A stretch of 64,000 nt of DNA from Geosiphon pyriformis uo1 (Eukaryota > Fungi > Glomeromycota): positions 878,033 through 942,032 of the forward strand of contig JAAOMT010000436.1 of assembly GCA_016748015.1 (NCBI GenBank), in the 5' to 3' direction. Made by a program: the position numbers and the translations under genes. The notes under the pieces were generated by a model, which was given only the letters and a program-made list of their open reading frames with translations, was not told the origin of the DNA and did no database searches. Below are positions 1 to 11,100 of this stretch, one piece after another; positions within the stretch are counted from its first letter, which is position 1; each line of letters begins with the position of its first letter.

Positions 1-3000
1 GACACTCAAGTATGGCTCAATGATATAGAAAAAGCCATCACAGCTAATGGATGGAACAATGACAGAGCCCTTCAAGCAATTTTCTATTTTTTACAAGATA
101 CTGCCAACTTGTGGTATCAGAGTTTAGCCGTTAAACCTCAAACATTCTAGGAATTCAAAACTGCATTTTTGAGATATTTCAGTAATAATAACAGTATTAA
201 TCACTTAGCCAACACCTTTATCACAATTAAACAAGAAGAAACTGAAGCAGTTACCACTTACTTGGGACGTTTTTACAGAAATTTATGCCAAATTCAAGCA
301 ATTCAAGCTGACTATTTTACCATGCCTCAGATTCTAAACCAGTTCATCCATGGGCTACATAGTAGCCTTTTCCAGTGCATATGTTCAATGCACCCATAAA
401 CTCTCCAAAATGCCATTATGAATGCCAGAGATTTTGAATTAGCAGAACTTGAAGCAAGTCATGCCCAAGCTGTTAATCTAGTGATGAATGGATCATCTGA
501 ATTGAATTCCAAATTGAAACAATTCAGTAATTCAATTAATCAAAAATTGGAAGGATATTTAGCTGACAATAGTGCAATTTATCAATTACTACAACGATGC
601 AATAATTCAGGAAACATAAATCATTTCCAAAATCAGACACATCTATCATTATCTCCAAATCAGTCATGGCAACAAGAGACATGTGTCTGCCATAACTGTG
701 GTAAATAAGGCCACATTAGAGCTGACTGCCAATTTTATAATAATAACTAATGATCGGGAAATCAATATTGAAACCCTGATTGCCAGTTTCCAATTCCAAG
801 TTACCAATCCAATCCAGTCCCATATCAACCAACTTACTTGCCAATGATGCAACAGCCAGTATATTAACCACCTGTATATCAATCTCCAGTTTATCAACCA
901 CAGCCACTGATAATATATCAATCACCACAACCACAAATAATTTATCAGACATCCACAATTCAAACACTGCTATCAAACCCAGCTCAAATAACATCAGAAA
1001 ACCCCAGATCGAGAGTCACCTAAAACTGGAGATCGGCAATGGTTGTTTACTAACCAATTCCCAATTCATCCAACCAGCCATCAGAATCACAACAACAGAG
1101 TTCAGGAACCAGGTATACTCAAAACCCGAGTTCTTAGAACTATTTAAGTCTTTTGGCTATCTTAAAAGACACCTCACCCAACACTCAGGAACCCAAACAG
1201 AAGCAATCACTTACCAATATTCTGTCAGCCACTGTCATGGAAAATGAGTCTCTAGCAGCTATATTTCCTTTCAAAATTGAGGAACTGACAGAAACCCCTT
1301 TGTTCAATAGAGCTGTACTTGAGGAAAAACCTATCATGGCAATATACACAGATGCCAAAATTGATGGTCAGTCTATCAAACTGATCCTAGATAGTGGATC
1401 AGCTGGCAGTATTATCACAAGACAGCTCATAGACCAATTAAGTTACTGAGTTAATTGAACTGCCAGTGCAAGGATAATCACCACTGATCGAGCCACCAAG
1501 ACTCCAATTGGTGAAATAGATAACTTGCCCATAGAAATAAATGGCATCACCATACCAATCAAGATATTAGTTATAGAAGCCACTCAATACCAAGCACTGG
1601 TGGGTAATGATTGGCTGTTCAAAATCAATGCAACACTTGATTGGAACACTCAAGAGCTCCAGCTTAGCCAGAACAGACAACACATACGTGTACCAGCCAT
1701 GTGTGGCCATTTCAAACCTATTACCACGCCATCAGCTTCACTTATTGAATTTAAAGAAAAAAAAGAGAAACCTATTTGGAAAGCATATTAAGTTTCTTGG
1801 GCTGATGAAGACCACAATGAGCTACCACTAATACTTTCTTGGGATGACAAGAGAAAAGGGAAGGAAAACAAAGAACTTACTTGAAATACCAACCAAAACT
1901 GGGAAACTGATAATAACCAAGACAAACCAGCAAACTGGGAGTGGGAAGAAATTGATAAGGAAAAGGGAAAAGAGAAAAAAGAAGAAACCAATCTCATCAG
2001 CAGCACTTATAGTTCATACACTTACACTTCATTACCACCATCCAATTATTATCAACTAAAATTGGAATGCATTGATTGCAGCAAGAAATTGTTGTCAATG
2101 GGTGTATGTTGTGATGACGACAAAAAATACTCCACAGCCACAAGATTTTATTGTCACCCATGCATTATAGAATGCTTTGGATGACCAAAACGACAAGGAA
2201 AGTGGAATAACCAACCATGTCTTGCATGTAGAACTATCCTACTTGACAAAGGAATGTGGAATGACATTCCTGGGCATGGAAAAATGTGCAATAAGACATG
2301 CCAATACACCATACTGATAAATGATTGGATAAGCAAAAGAACACCAATTGATGACATTTGGAAACAAGCATTGTGATGATTGGAAGAATATCCCCATAAC
2401 AAAGATAAACTATGGAGAATGGCGCATGCAAAAACAGAAGGTGCGACAACCAGCAAACTACTAAAGATCAAAAACAATCCTCTATCTCTTTCTGAACCTG
2501 AATACATACAAACTTTTGACATCTTTGGCAATATTGAAGATGATCCAGAAGAGTTTCATGAATATTACCAGCATTTGGCACCTACTAGGAAAGAACAAGA
2601 GCAGCATTTAAAACAGTTGAACACTCGATTATGTTAACATTGCTTAATTCTCTGTAACTTTCAGTATTGTAATGAGTGTGATCTCATTTACAATCCACCA
2701 CCACGCATGATCTACACAATCCCAGAAGAGGATAAACCAATAAGCAACTGCGCATCAGAATTGAAATCAGCTTTCAATCCCGATTTAAACTTCAACAATA
2801 ATAACAATGAAAACAACAGTTCCAGCTCCACTCTGAATAGCAATAAAATTTAAAACAATTCAAACTCTAATTCAAATCCCAAAACATTTATTGCACTTTC
2901 TGACCTCACTAAAGAACAGAAACTTAAATGATTTAGTGATAATAGCAAAGGTATTATGCCAGAGCATGTGCATAATATTGATGCAGAGTTTGATCTGAGA

Positions 3001-5170
3001 TATCCAAAGAAAAATGCCATCAAATTAGAGCCACATTCACACATCTGCATCAATTTGAAAATAGCATTGGAAATACCAACAAAAACTATAGTTCAACTAG
3101 CTTCCAGAAGTTGTTTAGCAAAAAAAGGAATTACTATAAGAGAAAGAATAATCGACGCTGGATATGTGGGAAATATTATGGCAATGCTATAAAATGACTC
3201 AAAAAAGACCTATATCATAGAACTCAATAAAAAAATAGCATAGGCAATATTCCTGCCTCTGATTAGAGTAGCTTAGTTAGTATTAGTAGGAAAAAGAGAA
3301 GAATTAGGAATAACAGCTAAAGAAATACAGAGATTCGGATCTATGGGTAGAATAGAGGTACCAGTCAGTATGGCAGAAAAAAAAATGATTGGCCAAAGAG
3401 AAATTATCTCAACCAGTCAAATAATTTCCATTCTACTATATAACCAGTACATAGTAATTATAAAAAGAAAGGTAAAAGATAAGGATCAGATTTTTGAAGC
3501 AGAAACAAGTCTTTGTGAATCAGGAGAAATTGGACTTATCAATCTCTACATACCAGCCAAAAACCACAACTATATCAAAATTCCCATTTACAATACCACA
3601 GGAGATGCCATCACAATACCAGAGGGAACCATCATTGAATACATAAGCACTGAATTAAAAAATTAACCACCAAGCATTATTTCAGACTTTCCACAATTAT
3701 GCGAATATGTGAATATCATGTCACAAACAATCTACAGATGAAATGAATGTTATTTGCTCTAACCAGAACAATTGGAACAAATGAACATAAGAAATTTGGA
3801 TCTGCTCCAACATATGCAATTCAAGATGTTACTTAACAACTTCAATGACATCTTCACTAGTAAAAACAAATTCAGCAGAACTAACATCATTCAAGACTGG
3901 GGATGCTATGCCAATCAAACAACAAGCATACAGAGTACCACCAGCCAGCCATGAGATTATCTGTCAAGAAATCAACTGAATGCTTGACAATGCGCTAATT
4001 CAGTCATCTATGAACTCATGATTATCACCAGTGGTACTTGTCCAGAAGAAGAATGGAAAGATCAGATTTTGTGTAGACTACAGAAAACTCAATGGAGTCA
4101 CCTATGGAGACAGCTATCCAACTTCATAAATTCAGGAGCTATTCAATGCTTTTAGAGGAAATAAATGGTTCTCAACACTGAATCTAGACAGTGAATACTG
4201 ACAGGTAGTCATGGATCCAGCAGACAAAGAAAAAATGGCTTTTATGATGAAAGAAAGGAATTTCGAGTTTGAAGTCATGCCATTTGGCTTAATAAATGCT
4301 CCAGCCACATTTCAATGGCTAATGAAAATAGTATATACTGGCTTATTATGAAAATTAGTAGTCGTTTATTTAAATAACACCAATGTGTTTTCTAAAACAT
4401 TTGATAATCATTTGTATCATCTACAACAAGTGTTTGAAAAACTACGACGAGTAGAGCTAAAGTTGAATGCCAATAAGTGCTTCTTTGGCAAGACAGAATT
4501 AAACTTTTTAGGACACATAGTAAGCAAAAACGGCATCAAAACGGATCCAGAAAAAATAGAGATAGTCAAGAACTTTCCAGTACCAATCAATGTGACAGAG
4601 TTGAAGTTATTCTTGGGATTTGCAGGCTATTATCAACATTTTATCAAAAACTTTTCTAAGATAGCCCAACCACTCAATCATTTCCAAACCAAGAATGTAA
4701 AATACGAATGGACAAAAACACAACAAGAAGCTTTTGATATTCTAAGAAAAAAACTTATACAAACTCTGATACTAATTTATCCAGATTACAATAAACCATT
4801 TATCATTACCACCAATGCATCAGGCCAAGCATTGGGAGCAATACTATCACAGAGAGAACCAGATAGAAGAGAACATTCAGTTGCATATGCCAGCCGAAAT
4901 TTAATTCCAACTGAAAGAAATTATGAAACACCAGAATTAGAACATTTAGCAATTTATTGGGCAGTTATAAAATGGAAAAAATACTTGAGTCAAAAGTTTG
5001 AGGTGTATACAGATTACAAAAGATTGATATCATTCCAAAAACAAGAATTTGGAGATGGCAGACAATCCAGATAGAAAATGGCACTCTCGCCATATACTTA
5101 TATCATACATTATAAAAAGGGAAAAGACAACAGAAATGCAGATGGTTTGTTACAAATAAGACAAATCTAA
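1..5170 (+). pseudogene. gag-PR-dUTPase-RT-RNaseH polyprotein of gypsy A (many nonsense codons, frameshift near 3890)
   Basis: ORF fragments starting at 169, 418, 1153, 1525, 2380, 2956, 3343 and 3772 share one frame. The RT catalytic motif has decayed to YLNN. RNase H ends NADGLLQIRQI* (TAA 5168-5170). Confidence 0.9.
2930..3345 (+). pseudogene. dUTPase domain of gypsy A
   Basis: DAEFDLRY, ASRSCLAKKGI, IIDAGYVGNI, KIA*AI and RFGSMG match trimeric dUTPase motifs I-V. Confidence 0.9.
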
Positions 5171-5230
5171 GAACATTCAACCCAAAAATATAACAAAATC
5201 AAACCAAATCCAATGGAAATATAACAAAAG

Positions 5231-6607
5231 ATGAACACACAAAAATACCAAAAACTCAAACATTATATAGATACTTAGTAGTTTAAGAAGAAATTATCTC
5301 AATCGGAACGAAATAGTATCAAACAACAATCAAAATATTTTATTACTTACCAAAACATACTTTATCAGAAAAATAGACAAAACCCAGATCAACTAACTAG
5401 AGTAGTCACAGAATCAGAGAAAGAAACAATACTGTTCAACATGCACTCAGATCCAACAGCAGGACATTTTCACAAAGAAGCAACCATAGAAAAGACCAGA
5501 AAAAGATATTATTGGCCATCAATGTATCTAGACATCATCCAATATGTACAAAATTGTGATTCTTGTCAAAGAAGAGAAGGAACAAAACCCAGTAAACCAC
5601 TGAGACCAATCAAAGTGGGACAACCATTTGATCACGTTGGAATTGACTTAGTCGGACCATTAACAATTACCAGCAGAAGAAATAGATATATTGTAGTAAC
5701 CATGGACTATCTCACTAAATGGCCAGAAGCAAAAGCAATTCAAAGAGTAGATGCAGAATTCATTGCCGAATTTGTTTATTAGGATCTGATTTGTCAACAT
5801 GAATGTTCAAAAAAATTATTATCAGACCAAGGAATTCACTTTGTGAACAGAACACTAGCAGAATTGAGCCAAAGATTCGGAATTAAAAGACCATTATCAT
5901 CATCATATTATCCACAAACAAATAGTTTAGTTGAAAGATTTAATAGAACATTGTATAAAGCAATTACCAAACTCAGCCAAAAAAACCAGGATGAATGAGA
6001 TTTGTTTATACTATCAGTACTATTTGTTTATCGAACAATGAAACAAGACACTACACAAGCAACACTATTTGAATTAGTATACAGTAGAACAGCAACATTA
6101 CCAGTCGAGATAGAAGTCAACACTTATCCAACAGAACCAATAACTGAAGACAATTTTCAGGAAACATTGCTAAGAAGAACATATAACTTGATAGAAACTC
6201 TAGAAAACAAGTGACGAAGAGCAGCTGATAACATCTAAAAGTCACAAAAAAAACAAAAAGAGAGACATGATAACCAACTACCAGACAAACCAGTTGAATT
6301 CAAGATTGGAGACAAAGTACTGCTACATCGTACTAAAGTAGAAAAACAATAGAATGGAAAATTTGATCCCAAATGGGATGGACCATTCCACATTGAAAAA
6401 ATTCTTAGAAATGGAGCTTATAAATTAAGATTGAACAACAAAATCTTGACCAAAGCAGTACATGGTGATTGACTGAAACCATATTACCAAATAGCATCAT
6501 CATCCACCAATAACATTCCACAATTAGAAGTACAACGAATACTAGTTCAACCAGACAAGATTTCACAAAATCTGGAACCAATCATAATCATTGGACCAAA
6601 CACGTAA
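5231..6607 (+). pseudogene. Integrase of gypsy A (HHCC-DDE-GPF/SH3-like tail, no chromodomain)
   Basis: H-x6-H...CDSC, GIDLVGP, SDQG, VERFNRT, KWDGPFHI. Confidence 0.92.
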
Positions 6608-6667
6608 AATCAAACAATAAAAAAGTATATAAAGACACAGTATATGCAACAAAAGCAACCAAGAAAA

Positions 6668-7303
6668 ATGGAAATACCAGATCATATTCACATGATAGCT
6701 CAACAATTGTTTTAGACTTTAAGTTAACAACAGTTAGATATAGAAATTATCATTAATAACCAAACAATTTGCTATTAAAACACCAAAAAAAAGACAAAAA
6801 ATACACTATATTAGCATTTACCAAAGAATGATAAAAACTGGTCAGATAACATAATTGAAAAAGTAAAGAACACTTTTGGAAAATTACCTATTATGGTGTC
6901 AACAGAAAAACTTACAAAAGAGAATTAGAAGCAATAGACAGGACAACTTCCAATATCATACTGTTACTACCAATTAGGTCGAAAATTGAATATTCAAGAA
7001 TTGTATATCGACAAATCCAAAAGAGTATTTAACCAAAACATAATACAGCAAATTAAAGAATTCATTGGGAAAAAGACAAACTCAACACTACATGTAAGAA
7101 CAATTTATTGACTACACAACATATTTCAGAACTATTCAAAAATACTGTTACACTCTGACATGAAAACCATATCCATTAACCAATGGGGAAAAATAAACAA
7201 TACACAAGTAGAAGATGTGAAGAACAGAGTAGAACAAACAATACTTGAAAAAGAAGTATTAGAATTAATTCAAAATGAAGATTTTGATAGAGCTCAATAT
7301 TAA
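6668..7303 (+). pseudogene. ORF3 of gypsy A, unknown function (disrupted)
   Basis: ATG at 6668. Motifs YYQLG...RTIY*LHNIF...ISINQWGKI align by eye with ORF3 of gypsy B. Confidence 0.6.
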
Positions 7304-7315
7304 AGGAGGAGATAA
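7302..7315 (+). other. Polypurine tract of gypsy A
   Basis: AAAGGAGGAGATAA directly before the LTR; same arrangement as GAGGAGGAGATTA in gypsy B. Confidence 0.8.
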
Positions 7316-8151
7316 TATTACTTATAAAAAAAAAATAGGTATGGAAAATAGCAGACCAATAAGAAAATAGTATTTAGCATGTGAGCACATTGCTCAGCAA
7401 TATAGAGCAATATCAGAAATCATGGCATATTGCTCAGCAATATAAAGCAATGTCAGAAAACACGGCACATTGTTTAGCAATATGGAGCGATGTTAAAAAA
7501 GTAGAGCATATTGCTTAGCAATGTGAGCATTGCTCAAGAAATCATAGCACATTGCTCAGAAATGTAAGCAATCTTGTAGAACATCAATTATGTATATATA
7601 GTGATAGCATTAGAAGTGAAAAAGACAGAATTTTTTAGTTAGAAATCTCTCATTTCCAACTATTGAATAAATAAATTATTTACCATCCAAATCCACTCTT
7701 TACTATTAATACTCCATGTTGATAGTAATTGATACTTAACCACATTAGAACAATAGCTCTTAATCATGGCTATTGACAGATACTAACTTGTGCATTGCCT
7801 TGGCTTATTTTTTTTCTTTTATTTTTAATTTTGTTATTACTAACTCTATTGAAGATTAATGTGTGGAGTACTGATGTCAGGATATAGTACTGGTAAAAGA
7901 TCCAGAAATAAGGGTAGAACACTCGATTGAGGATAGCTTATTAGGAAGAATACCAGCCATTAAGCTGAGAAAGAAATTGATGAAACTGCGGTTTTGGGAA
8001 GCTACAGATAAAACTATTACCACTGAATCTCTGTTTATTATACAAAAAACTCAACCAAAGCCTTCAGATATTACTAACAACATTATATCAATTGAGCACC
8101 AAGTTACGGGTTTGTTATTTGTCTTGAGACCCCAAGTAATCACTTATAACA
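7316..8151 (+). repeat. 3' LTR of gypsy A (~836 bp)
   Basis: Begins TATTA (TGTTA with a G>A change) after the PPT and ends TAACA at the LINE junction. Confidence 0.75.
7384..7572 (+). repeat. About five ~40-bp tandem units with palindromic core ATTGCTCAGCAAT in LTR A
   Basis: GCACATTGCTCAGCAATATAGAGCAAT..., GCATATTGCTCAGCAATATAAAGCAAT... and further degenerate copies. Confidence 0.85.
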
Positions 8152-11100
8152 CCAAAAGCCCCACCCGTATTGCTAAAATTGACCAGATTGGCCATCAAAC
8201 TTTCAGTAAGCACTTGTTCAAAAGGCTTTAGGCCATACAACATAGGATGATGCAGTGCTATACTAGGAAAGTCCTTAGACAAATTTGCCTTGAGTTTGAA
8301 TTCTTTTCTTAGTAACTTGTCCCACTTCTTACAAACACTCTTGGATGTAAAGCTAAATTGAAGTCTGTAACAGACAATTGGCTACAAGACAGTAGAAACC
8401 AGATATAAAAATTGTTTTTCAGTGATGGTCTTCTTTAGGATAACATTCGAAAAAAATCTGATGTTACCATGGGTCTTGGCAAGACTTGGTTTGGACAACT
8501 CAGTAAACAAGAAAATTCCCAAATATTGATGAGAATCACTCTTTTTGGCCACAGAAATTTTTGACCCACTAATGAACAGTTCAGCATCCCGAACATCTTG
8601 GTTGATAGGGATGATAACAGTCTTGTCAGTATTTATTGAGATGTCATTAATAAAAAAAAATTCATTAGCTATGTTTAATATGTTTTGCATCACCATTAAG
8701 CAGTTTCCAATCCAAAGTGTGTCATCAACAAAGGCACCTGCAGCAAAGAATAAAGTACTGTTGCTGCTCAGGTTAGCCTTACCAGACTTAGTATAAAACT
8801 TTGAGCACATTTTGTAGCCATACAACTGTTCATATTTCTTGACTTCACATAGCAATGGATCATAAAAAATTCGCCACAATAGAGGTAAAAACATCTCCTC
8901 TTGATTCAGACTATTATGTACAATATAACCATCAGACAGACCAAAATCTGTCATAATTTGATTGAATCTCCCATTGTGTATACCACCAAAAAAATTATGA
9001 AGTGAGGACACATCTTGATTCTGATTAAACTATTGCACAGATGGGTCCAACCAACAGAGTCATATGCTTTGCACATATCTTGAAGAACCAACCACAATTC
9101 TCTGTTCTTCTCCAAAGCATCCTTAACAATTGAGCCAACAGCAAAAATGAAGAATTGTATGGAAGTACCCTTTAGCACTGAGAAATTGTCACCATGCAAG
9201 ATGTCATATCTACTACAAACCAAAAATATCCTGTCTGAGAGAATTTTAGACAAGATCTTCCATGCAGTCTCAATAAGCACAATTGGCCTAGTGTTGGTGA
9301 GAGTACCCTTCCAATCATATGGTTTAAGAATCATGGAAACCCAAAATTTCTTCTACTGTGTGGGAACACTACCAGATTTCAAACACCTATTGAGAATGTT
9401 CAGAAGACCATTGAGAGCCAGAGAACCATTATGCTTCCAGAGTTTATTGGGAATTCCAAAAAATCCAGCAGTCTTGCTATTGGGCAATTTTTTGACAATC
9501 ACCAAAAGTTCATCCAAATTGATATTACACATAACCTCTGAAAATGCATTATTGTTAATGTAGTCTAATGGAGTGTATTAGTCAAGCCATTGATCTGGAA
9601 GAACACTAGGGACCAAGCATTTCCTTGTTTAACTTTCTATTATAGTATCAACTAAAGACTTGACAGCTTGAGGCTCTAAGATAAGTTCATCATCAACAAT
9701 CAAATGATTGAGAATCACCTTCCTGAAGGGCCAATTTAGAATGCTTTTAATCATCCTCTCCTTATCTGAATAGAAATTTTCCATGTATTTTGCCACAGCC
9801 ACCCTGATAGACTCATCTCTGACAACTCTAGATTTATAATATTTGGACTTGTGGTATTCTTTCTTAACAACTGAAATATGACGCACAATATCCTCAGTTT
9901 TAGTGTTTCCATTAATCATAACTCGAACCTTGGATGCTGTTACCAGTAGAATTTTAGCTATTAATTAGCATGAAATTATCCTTATAATTCCTATTATTAA
10001 TTAACATGTTAATATCAATTCAAATTATCACTTATTATTTAATCAATTTATTACATATTACAATTCAATTAATAATCCAATTAGTACAACAGAAAGTAAG
10101 ATGATCAAATTACACAATACCCTGAACTTTGTAACATTCTAAAATTCGCCAAAATTTACAGAAATTCGCCAAAATTTATATGAAATTCGCTGAAATTTAT
10201 AGAAATTCACTGAAATTATAAATAGTTCACCCAAATTAATCAATAGTTCAGCGAAATAACTTGTAGTTCATTAAAATGTATCTTTAGTTCACCGAAATTT
10301 GAGCAAAGAAAAAAAATGCAAGTTCATAAACTAGTACTACAACAAGTTGTATAAAAGAAGAGCTTTTTTCTTCAAGAAAATATATCTTACTTTAGATTTA
10401 TCACTTAGAATCATTTCTATACACACAAAAAGAAATAAATATCAAATAAATTTGAAAGAAACCAAATTTTTTAATTATTGCACTTGAAAAATCTCCAAAA
10501 CCCAACTAACATTTTGAAATTGATTAGCTACCAATTTCAGTAAACTGTTAGTGACTTCAGGCCTGAATAAAAAACGTTTCCCTTGACAGAATTCTATTTC
10601 TTTTACATTTTTTTTATTTTCTTGTATTTTCTTATTACAATTATTAGGGTAGCCTACAGATGAGATTTTTGTAGAAGAATTGACTTTCACAGCAAAGTAA
10701 CTACACATTTTTAGTAAGCTTCTAAATGAGCAATTCCTGGAAAAGAGTTGACATTTATTACAATGTAACTTCATAAAGTAACTGACACGGAATTGGCCAT
10801 TTCATTTATAAGCCCAGCAGTTCAAATTATAGGAAATAATTTGAAGATAAATTCAGTTACTGAAGGTCCAACTACTTCTAAAAAATGTGAATTTACAATA
10901 AACAGATATCAACAACATTTAAAAAAAGAGACCAAAAACCTCTAGTAACAATGTTCTATCAACATCTAAGTCCATCTAAGTGTCAACAAAGTGGCCAGTC
11001 TCCAAACTTAGGCCTGTTTTCATACTGTTAACAATCTTGAACATCAACATTTCCAACCCATGAAATCTCGAAGAAGCTTTATTCCTTATGCTATTAAATT

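Larger units (their letters stand above)
1..8151 (+). mobile_element. Ty3/gypsy LTR retrotransposon, family A (5' part outside window; decayed)
   Basis: Domain order is gag, CCHC knuckle (CHNCGK*GHIRADC ~688-729), protease (ILDSGSAG ~1384), Cys-rich region, dUTPase, RT (MPFGL, FLGH), RNase H, integrase, ORF3, PPT and 3' LTR. It ends ...TATAACA at 8151, where LINE RT sequence resumes. Confidence 0.95.

Noticed and set aside
7384-7572. CRISPR-like palindromic repeats with short spacers
   Set aside because: The spacers are related to each other, the array lies inside an LTR of a eukaryotic retroelement, and there are no cas genes.
10475-10774. Antisense ORF inside LTR B
   Set aside because: No recognisable domain, and the frame does not appear to be kept in the other LTR copies.
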